From: an uncultured Alkaliflexus sp.
Lineage (GTDB): Bacteria; Bacteroidota; Bacteroidia; Bacteroidales; Marinilabiliaceae
NCBI GenBank assembly: GCA_964544795.1
Contig: CAZJDS010000001.1
Coordinates: 6,472 to 49,114, forward strand
Direction: 5' to 3'
Length of the DNA stretch: 42,643 nt
The notes under the pieces were generated by a model that saw nothing but the letters and a program-made list of their open reading frames with translations, was not told where the DNA came from and did not search any database. The stretch's first letter is position 1; every line of letters begins with the position of its first letter. A program made the position numbers and the translations under genes. Below are positions 9,649 through 20,600 of this stretch, in pieces.

Positions 9649-10071
9649 CTATACGGCTTCCATCTTAATGACTCTTCTGCCATCTCCTGACTCCTCCATC
9701 CAGACATTAATCCGCTCATCAGGAAGTAATTCTTCAGCTTTTTCTGGCCATTCGATGAGACAAATATTTCCGCTGTAAAAGTATTCTTCTGCCCCAATGT
9801 TTATTAGCTCATCAGCATTCTTTAAGCGATAGAGATCCATATGATATAGGGACTGCTGGTTTCTGTCACTGTACTCATTTACAATGGCAAAAGTAGGACT
9901 GCTTACATTTTCTTGCACGCCCAAATGTTGGCAGACAACTTTAATAAATGTGGTTTTACCAACACCCATTTCACCATAAAAAGCAACCACGGATCGATGT
10001 TTCAATAATTTCACCAATGCTTCTGCAGGTAATGATAGCCCCTCAAGTGAATCTACGGTAAATAACTCCAT
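9649..10071 (-). CDS. tsaE: t6A biosynthesis ATPase TsaE (YjeE)
   Basis: GEMGVGKTT, SSPTFAIVNEY, HMDLYRL, IEWPE; ATG at 10071. Confidence 0.95.
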   Translation of the reverse strand: MELFTVDSLEGLSLPAEALVKLLKHRSVVAFYGEMGVGKTTFIKVVCQHLGVQENVSSPTFAIVNEYSDRNQQSLYHMDLYRLKNADELINIGAEEYFYSGNICLIEWPEKAEELLPDERINVWMEESGDGRRVIKMEAV

Positions 10072-10100
10072 TTTTTTAATTTCTCTATTGAAAAGCAAAT

Positions 10101-11663
10101 TTAACCTCTTGGATTTAAAATGGCAAATGGAACCATTACCTCTTCCATAGAAACTCCACCATGTTGAAAGGTGTCTTTGTAATAGTTTACATAATAATTA
10201 TAGTTATTGGGATAGGCAAAAAAGTCATCTCCAGTGGCAAAAATATAAGAGGTAGAAACATTGGGCTTGGGGAGGAATGCTTCTTCGGGTTTTCTAATTT
10301 CAAACACTTGTTTTTTATCGTACGCCAGATTTTTACCTTGTTTGTATCTCAAATTGGTGTTTGTATTTCTGTCGCCTATAACTTTAATAGGATTCTGAAC
10401 CCTAATGGTTCCATGATCTGTAGTGATTACCAAAGTGATTTTTTCTTGTGAAAGACGTTTCAAAAGATCAAATAAAGGAGAATGAAGAAACCATGATCGG
10501 GTGAGTGAACGATAAGCCGACTCATCACCTACCAACTCCTTAATCATTTTCATTTCGGTACGGGCATGCGAAAGCATATCTACGAAATTTATAACAATCA
10601 CCGATAAATCGTGATTTTGCAGCTGCGAAAAATTATCGAGGAGCTTCCGCCCAGTTTCGCTGTTGTTTACTTTTTCGTAAAATATTTTTATTTTCTTTCG
10701 GTTTCGATCAAAATAGTCATTGATGAGTTCTTCCTCAAATTGGTTTTTACCTCCTTCATCGTCATCTTCCATCCATAAGTCTGGTCGAATTTTGCTTATG
10801 TTAGAAGGCATCAATCCTGAGAAAATTGCATTGCGTGCATATTGTGTGGCGGTGGGAAGAATGCTGCAGTAGAGTTCATCAGATTTGATGTTAAAATAAG
10901 GAGTAAGCTCTTGTTTTATCAGTTCCCACTGATCGTATCTAAAATTGTCTATGACGATGAAGGCTACTTTCTCATTGTTGTTGAGAAGAGGTAAAATGCG
11001 GTCGCGTAAAAGCTGATGAGACATTAAGGGGGCATCTTTGTCTTCAGAATTTAGCCAATGGAGATAATTCTCCTTGACAAATCTTACAAATTGTTGATTG
11101 GCTTCGTTCTTCTGCATCAACAACACTTCATTCATTGAGCTATCCGCTTCTTGGAGCTCCATCTCCCAAAAGACAATCTGCTTATATATTTCGTACCACT
11201 CATTAATATCCAAACGACCGTTCAGTCGCATTCCTATCTGTGAAAAAACAGATTGATAATCGGTGGTGGTCTTTTTACTGATAAGTGATTGACGTCCTAA
11301 AGTTCGTTTGATTGACGATAATATCTGATTGGGAAGTACGGGTTTTATCAAGTAATCTGCAATTTTACTGCCTATTGCTTGATCCATAATCTCCTCCTCT
11401 TCACTTTTGGTTACCATGACAACAGGCAAGCCTGGTTGCATCTCTTTGATGCGCATAAGTGTATCAAGGCCACTCAATCCTGGCATGTTTTCATCTAAGA
11501 ATACCAGGTTGTAGTTTCTTTCTAAAAGCATGGCCAAAGCATCTTTCCCATTGGTGGCAGTATCAACTTGATAACCTTTCTCCTTGAGAAAGAAAATATG
11601 TGATTTTAGATGTTCAATCTCATCGTCCACCCATAAGAGTAGATATTTTTCATTGTTTTCCAT
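10101..11663 (-). CDS. porX: T9SS response regulator PorX (receiver plus PglZ/alkaline-phosphatase domain)
   Basis: WVDDE...LDENMPG receiver; IDNFRYDQW, LPTATQYARNAIF, TTDHG, FQHGGVS; followed by tsaE as usual. Confidence 0.93.
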   Translation of the reverse strand: MENNEKYLLLWVDDEIEHLKSHIFFLKEKGYQVDTATNGKDALAMLLERNYNLVFLDENMPGLSGLDTLMRIKEMQPGLPVVMVTKSEEEEIMDQAIGSKIADYLIKPVLPNQILSSIKRTLGRQSLISKKTTTDYQSVFSQIGMRLNGRLDINEWYEIYKQIVFWEMELQEADSSMNEVLLMQKNEANQQFVRFVKENYLHWLNSEDKDAPLMSHQLLRDRILPLLNNNEKVAFIVIDNFRYDQWELIKQELTPYFNIKSDELYCSILPTATQYARNAIFSGLMPSNISKIRPDLWMEDDDEGGKNQFEEELINDYFDRNRKKIKIFYEKVNNSETGRKLLDNFSQLQNHDLSVIVINFVDMLSHARTEMKMIKELVGDESAYRSLTRSWFLHSPLFDLLKRLSQEKITLVITTDHGTIRVQNPIKVIGDRNTNTNLRYKQGKNLAYDKKQVFEIRKPEEAFLPKPNVSTSYIFATGDDFFAYPNNYNYYVNYYKDTFQHGGVSMEEVMVPFAILNPRG

Positions 11664-11773
11664 TTTCTTTTTTTATTCTGATGATTGTGTTACTTAAAGA
11701 GCACTTCTTTATTGTTTTCAACAAAGAAGCTGCCCTTAGTAAAGTTGTCTGGGAGAGCTCAAATATCAGTCCA

Positions 11774-14700
11774 CTATTGATTCAGAGACTTTATCCAAGT
11801 GATGTAATCTGAAATTGAACCTTCTTTCACAATCTCATCCAAATTAGATTGATTAAGTGGAACTATGGGCCACTCATCAGCACTCAATTGTGATTTCCAA
11901 AAGCTGTTGTTTTTCAGTTCAGTAATGAATTTTTGTAAGCCCTCTTCGTTGGGGAATTCTTCTACCACAATGAGTATTCGGTCTTCTTGTAATCTATATT
12001 GCTTTATGGTTACTCTTAGTCTCAATTTGCTGATAGCTTGGCTGGTTATAAACCCAGCAACTTTTCGCACGTCTGTGTTGCTTGGAACTTCAACAGCCAT
12101 TTTACCCATCTTTTCTTGAGTGAATAGTGAACTGATGATTGGTTTTTCAGAACTGTCTTCGCTTTTAGACACTCCTGTTTCTATCTGCTCTGATGCTATA
12201 TATTTAAGATCGATGGTGGTACTTCCGCCACTCTTTAAGTAATAGGTAGAGAAAAACTTCTGATATCCACTAATATCTCCTGAAGAGATAAAGAGATCTT
12301 TGTTCTTTTCTGAACCTGCCAACAATATTACCTTTTCTGCGTTTTCTACTTTAAAAATGTCCGTTTTTGATCTTAAACCAAAGTAATAATCCATTACTTC
12401 ATTGGCATTGACAAATGAACCTATTACAATCACTCTCTCTTTAGAAGGTAAATTGCGGATTCGTATCTCATAGCTGGTGAGAAGATAACGATTAAAATTG
12501 TAGTCGGCAATATTGAAAACCATTTGGTTGATATCAATCTCCTTTTCAGTCTTTACCCACAGGTAATGCGCTGCTTGAGGTTCGTACTCAAACATGCTGC
12601 TGGGAATTGAATCAATGGTTTCTGCAATTTCTGTACTTATGGTTGATTTTGGTTCTGTGCTTTTCTGCGCTATCTCTTGAACAGGTTGGCGACCCTGGGC
12701 AATCATCTTCAGCCATTGGGAAGCCAAACGCCCCTCTTCACTCTTGGGATGCTCGGCAGAAAGAGATTTAAGTTCTTGTTCAAAAGCGGCTCTATTGCCC
12801 GATTTCCCTTCTGCCATGGCACCTAATAGTTGCGACTTTCGAATTAAGGAAGGCTCTTTAGCCCGACTCTTCACAATCGTTGTTAACTCTTTTACTTTGG
12901 TGAAATTATTTACTCGATAAGCGCCAAAAGCTTCTTCATACTTACTGTTCATCTCTTGCATAAACGCCAGTTGAGTTTCACCAAAAGTGGAATCGTTGGC
13001 ATAAGCTGCATAGCGGCCATTGGGAAACAGCGCGGTCAATTGTTGTCTCATGGCATGGATGCAACTCTCATTTTCAGCTTTTGTACAAGTCATATAATTC
13101 CAAAACAAAACCTCTTCCATTAATTTGTGCTCAGGATATTTATTGATAAATCGTTGAAACATTCTTTGTGCTTCATCATAGGAGTTGAAGTGCTGTAGAA
13201 ATACCAATCCTGCTCGGAAGAGGGCATCAGCTTCTTTATCTTTAGATAGAGCGAGCTTTTCAGGTGTGGTAGGTATGTCAGCTAATAAAGCAGCTCTATC
13301 TGGCAACAATGAAGTTGCAGACTGATTACTTCCAGCTTCTGGCATAGGATCAGAAATTTTCATTCCCATTAAAACTTCTGGATCATCAGGCTGCATGGGA
13401 GAATCGGACATCTCCATTTGCGGTTCAGCCGAACTTAGATCCGATCGCCTCCAATTGTCTTGAAGTGGACGACGTCCCCATTTTCGTTCAAACTCCATTT
13501 TTCCCATGCTGGTCGTGCTGGGATTATAGAAATACCATTTTCCATCTCCACTTCGCGCACTGGAGCTGGAGGATTGCATTTGATTTTGAAAAAAGAAAGG
13601 GTCGCTCATATCATCATATCCTCCATCCACATTTAGAGATCTGTTTAATTGTGCTAATCTCTCTTTTTCGATGATGGCATCTACAAAATCCTCGCGCTGT
13701 TTTAGTGGTAAAGAAGCCAACCATTGTAAACTGTCTTCTCTCTCTATAATTTTCAGCTCTTTGGCAAGGTTTTTAAGCCCAGAGTGACGGTGTAAAATCT
13801 CTTTGTTGCGAACATCTGACTCCGCAGAAATGGTTAAAGTGCTGTCGTAATAACTGTAAGAAGGTATATAAGATGTTTGGGCGAAGTACAAGGATGCGAG
13901 TGCGATATAGGTTTCTCTCTTTACATGCGAATTGTTGTAGTTATATCCTGCAGAAAGTTTTAGGTGTAGAATTGCATTTGCAGTATCCTTTTCATGCAAA
14001 TAGGAAGTTGCAATGGCATAGTGAAGTCGGTCACGATACTCTTCATTTTTCACTTGTCCTGCCATTTTGATTAATTCCGCTCTTGCTTGTGAATAATTAC
14101 CCGTGGCTACAGCCATTGTGGTGGCATAGTTAATTCCAGCATTAAGTGCCATTTCATAGGGCGGATTGAGTTTTATTACTTTTTGAAAACTCTCCATAGC
14201 CAAAGCGTTCTGGTCGGTGATTTGATAGAGCTGACCCAGAACATAGTACCGACGTATGCGATCCCATCTACTTCTTGATTCTTCTGCAGCAGCTTTTACA
14301 AAGGGAATGGCCGTTTTATATTGTTTTAGTCCTATATATAGAGCAGCATAAGTGGCTGAGTATTCCCCATATAATTTTAGAGGTGGTTGTCCTATTGCAT
14401 CGTATTGATCTAAAAGGACACGGGCGTTTTCATATTCTTTCATCTCAATCCTTGTACGTGCTGTCCACAATAGAATTTCAAACTGTACCCACTCGTCGGG
14501 AAATTCGCGAAGTGCATAATCTAATACCGATAGTGCATCAATAAAATTATGATTGTAAAGATGAGCCTTTCCAACCAAAAGATAGGCTTCTCTAATCACA
14601 GGATTAAATTCACGTTTGTTGACGAAGGATTCATATCTGGAACTACCTCGCTTGGGTGTTTTTTTGGGTCGAACGGTGATCGATTTTTTTTGAATAACTT

Positions 14701-14977
14701 TTAAACCTTTTTCCACTGCACGCTCCATATCTCCGCTGGCCATGTTTTCCTGCTCTTTTCCAGAGTATGGAAAAAGAGGCAACACTTCCATATAATTATC
14801 CTGTCGTGAAGTCTGTAGTTGCTTAACTCCCCGTTTCATACTTTGCTCCCCGTTGTGCAAAATATTATAACGTGCAGTCATAGCATTATAATTCCTTGAT
14901 AGCCAGGTGTTCTTTTGCGTTGAACATGCCAATAGGCTCAAAGCAAGAAGAGACAATAAGATGTTTTTTACGGTCAT
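11774..14977 (-). CDS. sprE: T9SS/gliding TPR lipoprotein SprE (PorW)
   Basis: Lipobox LLAC then STQKNT, ARYNILHNG, TPR repeats, EDSLQWLA, WYFYNP and FERKWGRRPLQDNWRRS, all typical of SprE/PorW. Confidence 0.87.
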   Translation of the reverse strand: MTVKNILLSLLALSLLACSTQKNTWLSRNYNAMTARYNILHNGEQSMKRGVKQLQTSRQDNYMEVLPLFPYSGKEQENMASGDMERAVEKGLKVIQKKSITVRPKKTPKRGSSRYESFVNKREFNPVIREAYLLVGKAHLYNHNFIDALSVLDYALREFPDEWVQFEILLWTARTRIEMKEYENARVLLDQYDAIGQPPLKLYGEYSATYAALYIGLKQYKTAIPFVKAAAEESRSRWDRIRRYYVLGQLYQITDQNALAMESFQKVIKLNPPYEMALNAGINYATTMAVATGNYSQARAELIKMAGQVKNEEYRDRLHYAIATSYLHEKDTANAILHLKLSAGYNYNNSHVKRETYIALASLYFAQTSYIPSYSYYDSTLTISAESDVRNKEILHRHSGLKNLAKELKIIEREDSLQWLASLPLKQREDFVDAIIEKERLAQLNRSLNVDGGYDDMSDPFFFQNQMQSSSSSARSGDGKWYFYNPSTTSMGKMEFERKWGRRPLQDNWRRSDLSSAEPQMEMSDSPMQPDDPEVLMGMKISDPMPEAGSNQSATSLLPDRAALLADIPTTPEKLALSKDKEADALFRAGLVFLQHFNSYDEAQRMFQRFINKYPEHKLMEEVLFWNYMTCTKAENESCIHAMRQQLTALFPNGRYAAYANDSTFGETQLAFMQEMNSKYEEAFGAYRVNNFTKVKELTTIVKSRAKEPSLIRKSQLLGAMAEGKSGNRAAFEQELKSLSAEHPKSEEGRLASQWLKMIAQGRQPVQEIAQKSTEPKSTISTEIAETIDSIPSSMFEYEPQAAHYLWVKTEKEIDINQMVFNIADYNFNRYLLTSYEIRIRNLPSKERVIVIGSFVNANEVMDYYFGLRSKTDIFKVENAEKVILLAGSEKNKDLFISSGDISGYQKFFSTYYLKSGGSTTIDLKYIASEQIETGVSKSEDSSEKPIISSLFTQEKMGKMAVEVPSNTDVRKVAGFITSQAISKLRLRVTIKQYRLQEDRILIVVEEFPNEEGLQKFITELKNNSFWKSQLSADEWPIVPLNQSNLDEIVKEGSISDYITWIKSLNQ

Positions 14978-15020
14978 GAATTTTAAAACAGAGGTATACA
15001 GTTAATAAACAGAGTTTTTA

Positions 15021-15028
15021 CAAAATTA
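15021..15028 (-). promoter_or_regulatory. Sigma-A -7 element for sprE
   Basis: Reverse complement reads TAATTTTG, about 43 nt upstream of the sprE ATG. Confidence 0.45.
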
Positions 15029-15106
15029 TTTTATTCATCTACAAAAATGGCGAAAAGAGTGCAAACATTTCATAGTTTTAGCAAGGGTTTATCTAAATAA
15101 TTAAAA

Positions 15107-16450
15107 ATGAAGGTTTTTATAGTTGAAGACGATCCGTTGTTCTCTGCAATTATCGAGCGCTTGCTTCAAGAGGACGATTCATTAGATTTGGTGTTTTTTG
15201 GTAGTGGAGAATCATTGCTTAATGGGTTGTCAAAAAACCCCGATGTCGTCACTTTAGATTTGGGCTTGCCAGACATTTCGGGTGTTGAATTGTTTGGAAG
15301 AATTAAACAGTTCAATTCAGAAATTGAGGTGATAATTATATCAGGACAGGACGACATTAATGTAGCAGTTGGATTGTTGAAGGATGGTGCTTATGATTAT
15401 TTGGTTAAAGATAACAATTTAAAGGAGAGGTTGCACAACAGTTTTAAACAGTTGAAAACGAGACGTAAGCTTCAGGAAGAGGTGATGGGACTGCGTAAAC
15501 AAGTTACTGGCCGTTTTAGTTTTGAAGATGTGGTTATTGGAGAAAGTTCTTCCATACAAGCCGTGGAACATCTAATTAAAAAAGCTATAAAAATCAACAA
15601 CATCAACATCTCTATCTATGGAGAGCAAGGATGTGGGAAAAAGTTTATTGCTAAGATTATCCATTACAACTCTTCGCGAAGGGATTTCCCTTTTGTGGTT
15701 GTAGATGCAGAACCTCTTACTCAGCAACAGCAAATTGAAGAGCTCTTTGGAGTTGAGAACGTTGATGTTGTAGGACGACCTACTTCTCAAAAAGGAAAGT
15801 TTGAAGAAGCTACGGGTGGAACCATTTATATTGAAAATGTGGATAAGCTCACACCTGATGTACAGCTATTTTTACTTGAGTTGTTGAAAAATCATAGCTA
15901 TTACAGTTGGGGCGGATATGAAATGAAAGAGCTCGATACAAGAGTGATTGTCTCTTCTCTATTAGATCCTGCTGATTTGTTGCATCGATCGAGTTTCTCT
16001 ACCGATCTTTATTATCACTTGGCTGGTTTATCCATTCACTTGCCACCTTTGAGAAAACGCAAACGCGATATCATCTTATTAGCAGAGCATTTTTTGAAAG
16101 ATTTTTGCACCAACAATGGTCTGGTGAAGAAAGAGTTAACAGCGCAGGCAAGACGGAAGTTGTTGAATTATTTTTATCCTGGTAACATTCGTGAGTTGCG
16201 TACTATTATTGATTTAGCAGCTGTTTTGAGCAATGGAGAAATTATAGATCAAGAGCATATAACTTTCAACAGTGTTGAAGAAGAGTCTTTGTTGGATGGA
16301 GAAGAGTTAACGATGCGTGAATACAATGATGTGATCCTTCGTCATTTTTTGAAGAAATATAAGAATGTTATGACGGTAGCCGAGAAATTGGAAATTGGAA
16401 AGTCATCCATCTATAATTTTCTCAAAAGAGAGCGGGGTGAAGAGGAGTAA
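15107..16450 (+). CDS. NtrC-like response regulator (REC-AAA+-HTH) with degenerate AAA+ motifs
   Basis: Receiver VEDD/LDLGLPD/K intact; GEQGCGK, ELFG, GKFEEATGG, LPPLRKR, YPGNIREL and C-terminal HTH present; GAFTGA absent. Confidence 0.88.
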   Translation: MKVFIVEDDPLFSAIIERLLQEDDSLDLVFFGSGESLLNGLSKNPDVVTLDLGLPDISGVELFGRIKQFNSEIEVIIISGQDDINVAVGLLKDGAYDYLVKDNNLKERLHNSFKQLKTRRKLQEEVMGLRKQVTGRFSFEDVVIGESSSIQAVEHLIKKAIKINNINISIYGEQGCGKKFIAKIIHYNSSRRDFPFVVVDAEPLTQQQQIEELFGVENVDVVGRPTSQKGKFEEATGGTIYIENVDKLTPDVQLFLLELLKNHSYYSWGGYEMKELDTRVIVSSLLDPADLLHRSSFSTDLYYHLAGLSIHLPPLRKRKRDIILLAEHFLKDFCTNNGLVKKELTAQARRKLLNYFYPGNIRELRTIIDLAAVLSNGEIIDQEHITFNSVEEESLLDGEELTMREYNDVILRHFLKKYKNVMTVAEKLEIGKSSIYNFLKRERGEEE

Positions 16451-16451
16451 A

Positions 16452-16496
16452 AAACATCCCATACAAATTAGCTTGTAGCTTTTGTATGAGATGTTT
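16452..16496. terminator. Probable bidirectional intrinsic terminator between convergent genes
   Basis: AAACATCCCATACAAA (16452-16467) pairs with TTTGTATGAGATGTTT (16481-16496) with one mismatch. Confidence 0.7.
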
Positions 16497-16506
16497 GTTG
16501 TTTTTA

Positions 16507-16884
16507 TTAAGCTGTAAGTTCGTTGTATTGATCTGCACTCATAAGATCATCTACCTGAGCAGGATCTTTCATCTCTATTTTTATCATCCATCCACTTTTG
16601 TATGGATCTTTGTTTATTAATTCTGGTTGTGATTCTAACTCGCTGTTCACTTCAATAATCTTGCCTGCAACAGGCATGTAAAGATCCGATACTGTTTTAA
16701 CAGCTTCAATGGTTCCGAAGATCTCATCTTTATCTAGATCTTCATCTTCGGTTTCTATCTCAACAAAAACGATATCACCCAATTCACCTTGGGCAAACTC
16801 GGTGATTCCTACAGTGGCAATGTTGCCATCCACCTTCACCCATTCGTGGTCTTTTGAGTACTTTAAGTTTTTAGGTAAATTCAT
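16507..16884 (-). CDS. gcvH: Glycine cleavage system H protein
   Basis: YSKDHEW, GITEFAQGELGDIV, lipoyl-lysine motif IEAVKTVSD; ATG at 16884. Confidence 0.95.
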   Translation of the reverse strand: MNLPKNLKYSKDHEWVKVDGNIATVGITEFAQGELGDIVFVEIETEDEDLDKDEIFGTIEAVKTVSDLYMPVAGKIIEVNSELESQPELINKDPYKSGWMIKIEMKDPAQVDDLMSADQYNELTA

Positions 16885-17005
16885 AATTGTTTTAATTTTA
16901 ATAAGGTTACTCTTCAAAACTAACAATTTTTTTTAAATCTGCTGAAAGTTTGCTGAAGATTTATTCGACTAAACTTATTTGAGTGATTATTGATTCTCGC
17001 TTTAT

Positions 17006-17584
17006 CTAAAATATTCTTGTTCCGAAAACAAACTTTTCACTCCACCATGGATCGTCCAATGGGGTGGTTGTAACGCCCAATGATGATGAGGTGTGAATAA
17101 ATTTGTTGTCGCCCAAATAGATTCCAGAATGGGTGATGAACCTTGAGGTTCTGTATGAGCGTGTGAAGAAAACCAAATCCCCTCTACGTAAAGATCGTAC
17201 ATCGTAAATGATGGTTCCATATCGGGCTTGTTCTTCAGAGCTATGAGGCAATGAGATTTTGTGTGCTGCAAATGTGGTTACCAGTAAACCAGAGCAGTCC
17301 ATACATTTTGACGTGGTTCCGCCCATGCAATGAGGCACACCCAAATATTTTTCTGCCGTATTGATAATTTTATTAGGTGAGGCATTGGCTCTATTTAGCT
17401 TCTTTTCAATCCCACCTTTTATAAAATCCTTTAGTTCTCGACTTTCATTACTACTTTGTTTTGCATTTTTGCTGGTTGTACGATCAGATGTTATTGGATA
17501 GCTCTGTGAAGAACAACCGAGAAAAGCTGCAAAGAGAAGAAGTGTAAAAGCATAAAGAAGAATTTTGGGTGCCAATGAGTTCAT
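17006..17584 (-). CDS. NlpC/P60 (C40) peptidase lipoprotein
   Basis: Lipobox FLGC, DCSG catalytic Cys, GDLVFF, HSGIY, FIHTSSS. Confidence 0.92.
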   Translation of the reverse strand: MNSLAPKILLYAFTLLLFAAFLGCSSQSYPITSDRTTSKNAKQSSNESRELKDFIKGGIEKKLNRANASPNKIINTAEKYLGVPHCMGGTTSKCMDCSGLLVTTFAAHKISLPHSSEEQARYGTIIYDVRSLRRGDLVFFTRSYRTSRFITHSGIYLGDNKFIHTSSSLGVTTTPLDDPWWSEKFVFGTRIF

Positions 17585-17651
17585 TTATTTTGTTTTAACT
17601 GTTGGGTTGTAGAGACTTTCGTGCGTAACAATTCTTATTTATCTCTTTCCG

Positions 17652-20600
17652 CTATTGCGTTAAAGAGAACCTGAAGCTCACACCAAAACTGCTGTTGGTG
17701 ATTGGGTAGCTGGACGAAATATAAGGAGAGTTCATCTGCCTATCATAAAATACTTGAACGTTAAAACGACTGCTCAAAACATAATCAGCGGTCATTTTTA
17801 ATGTGATTATTTTCTGCCCAGCGGTCATCTGATTTAATCTCTCTTCAATTCTTCGAATGATAGAGTAGCTGTCTCTAATGGAGATGTCTGCTCGTAAGTT
17901 CAAATCAGAAGACATTTTCTTTGCATTGGCTTTGGATCCAAGAATTAAATCCATTTTATCAAATCTATACCCCAAGCCTACCACCCACTCATCGCTGTAA
18001 TTTTCGATCATCTGATTGTTGCTCAAACTAAGTGATAATATACGGCTTTTTTTCATCTCTACCCTTGTGGTAAGACTGTTGTTCCAAGTCATATTGATCT
18101 GAATGAGAGGTGAAAACTGTTCAGAAATAGAGACTCCACTTATTTGATATTTGGTTACAAAATTACCTTGTGCATCTCTTATAAAGCTAAATCCATCTCT
18201 GAATGACTCCCAATCTGTATTGGTTAGATAGTTGCCAACAGTATAAACCGACCTATAAGCATGTGAAACATCCACAGATTTAAAGTATTTCTGAACCCAT
18301 TTTATTTTTGAAAGACCATCGTAAGTAATTCTCCAGTTGGGTTGCATGTAAGCCAATGAAGGCATGGGATTAAGGAATATATTGCTCGCTTTTTTCCCTG
18401 AGTAGGCAGCTAGAAATGCGGGAACCATAACTTCCTGTGACGAGAGGCTATATCCATCAACACCATTTTCAACATCGATATCTTGGGTTGGATAACCAGA
18501 TGGGTTATAAGGTACACCAGCCAAAGGAGAGTATTCATATAGAGGGTCGGCATACTCTCCAGTTGTGGGATGTGCTAATCCTACACGCTGTGATCCTAAT
18601 CTTTGTGCAATTGTTTGTCGATTATTTAAAAACTGATCGAAGGCATCGGATTGATATGCTCCTTTTTTATCTGGCTTCTGAAATGCAGTAGCAATGATAT
18701 TATAACTCATCGAGAATCCTCCGTTTTCGATGGTGTTGTATGCTCCTCTAAAACCATTGCCGTCGAAGAGGTAGTACTCCGACATATTATTACTTGTGCG
18801 ATGGTTTCCTGTTAAATCTATTCTAAGTCCTTTGATGGGTTCAAGAGTGGCTCTTATTGTCACATCTTCTGTTTTGTTCATCATATACGGCGTATTCAGT
18901 GTGCTGTCTGTGCTGAGCCACTTATTATCTACCGCTTGTAGGGCATAGTCTCGATCTTGCCATCCGAGCATAAAGGGTAAACCTGGACCTGTAGCTCCTC
19001 CATATGATTGTGCACCCAGAAATTTTGCTTCAGGAAGGTAACCTGGCAATATGGTTCCACTATTTTGCGTGTATGTGGCAGATATATTTTTTACACTGGT
19101 AAGCAGTCGAGCTGAATACTCGAACAATTTCTTTGCCACATCGTTTTGCTCAACTTTTTTGCCTGTGACAATAATTCGTGCAGAAGAAATATCTTGTTCA
19201 GGTACAAAAGTTAGTGTGTTGGCATCAATCACCACCTGTTTCCCTTTTACAGGAATGCCCGACTCATTAAACACCCTGATGGTGACGTCGGTGGTGGATA
19301 GCTTATGATTTACGGTGAACGGTTCGCCTCCTTGCATCTGCAAATTATGCTGTGTGAATCGCACTGTTTCACTCTGATTTGGGCCTCGACTGGCTGTTCG
19401 GTTGAGTCCTTTCAAGTAATTTGATTTGTTGTATAAGTTGTTAAAATTGAGTTGTGAGTTGGCTTGAATATTTACAGAGTTGCGAATGGTATTTCCCCAC
19501 TGATATTCATCCGTGGTAATTGGGCCCTGCTGCCAACTGTAAAGAGCACCATAGTTTACGCTTGCTGAAGTCCAGTCTAAGAGAGGCAGCTTATTAATAG
19601 GTACGGTGTAGCTCACATTCAGGTTGTGCTGATAGTTGGTGGTTCGGCCAAAAGAAAGAATATTATTCATCACTGAATCTTTCCATAAATCGTACTCATC
19701 AGAATATAGTTTTTTATTAACCACTCCTTCTGGTTCATCGATGGAGGCATTATTGGTTACTCTAAAATCCATCTTTAAGGATTTGGTGAGATTGTATGTG
19801 AGATCGAAGTATCGATTCCAATAGAAATCTTTATCTACTGAAACAGGTATATTGTAGGTAGGATTGTTAATGTTTCTTAGTTGTTCTTCACGATAGCCTC
19901 GAGTCAATTCCCAACGATACCCCAATTGCGTAGGTGCTAAATAGAAGTTAAAATCTCTTATAAGCGCCAAAGATTTTGGTTTGAGTTTCTTAAATGGTTC
20001 AACGGGCTTTGGCCGATTTACAAAATTATAGGCTAAAATGCCACGATAGTTTTTGTCGGTTTGATATTCAATATCTATATTTTGACGGTAAGTTTCGTTG
20101 TATGCATAGGTTGCACTCAGGTTGCTGGGGGAGTAGAATTTGGTGACCCCCTCTTTAGGTTGCAATCTTACATTTGAAAAGCTTATACTCTTGCGTTTTA
20201 CAAGATCTTGTGAGAGCTCTTTTATGCTGTCGCGATCACTGCTGCTTTTTGCGCTTTTTAAAGCCACATCCAATGGAATGTCAGGATCCAAAGGGGAGTA
20301 CTCAGGAGTCGCCACCTGTTTGCTGAAGCTGTAGTAAAATGGAATCGATAATCTGTTCTTTGGCCCTAATAGCTTACCCAACTCCAAGCTGGTGGCAATA
20401 TCATATTGATAATAATCTTCTTTGCTTCTTTCGGTTACACTTTGGTCGATACTTCCAAATCCAGCGGTACTCACATTTCCAGCTACAGAAACTGAACCTA
20501 AGTCGGCGAGTTTCACATTTAATCGTCCATTGGCTGCCCATCCTCCATCTTCTTTAAAATCTGTTAGCCGCAATTCATTTACCCAAACTTCAATGGCTTT

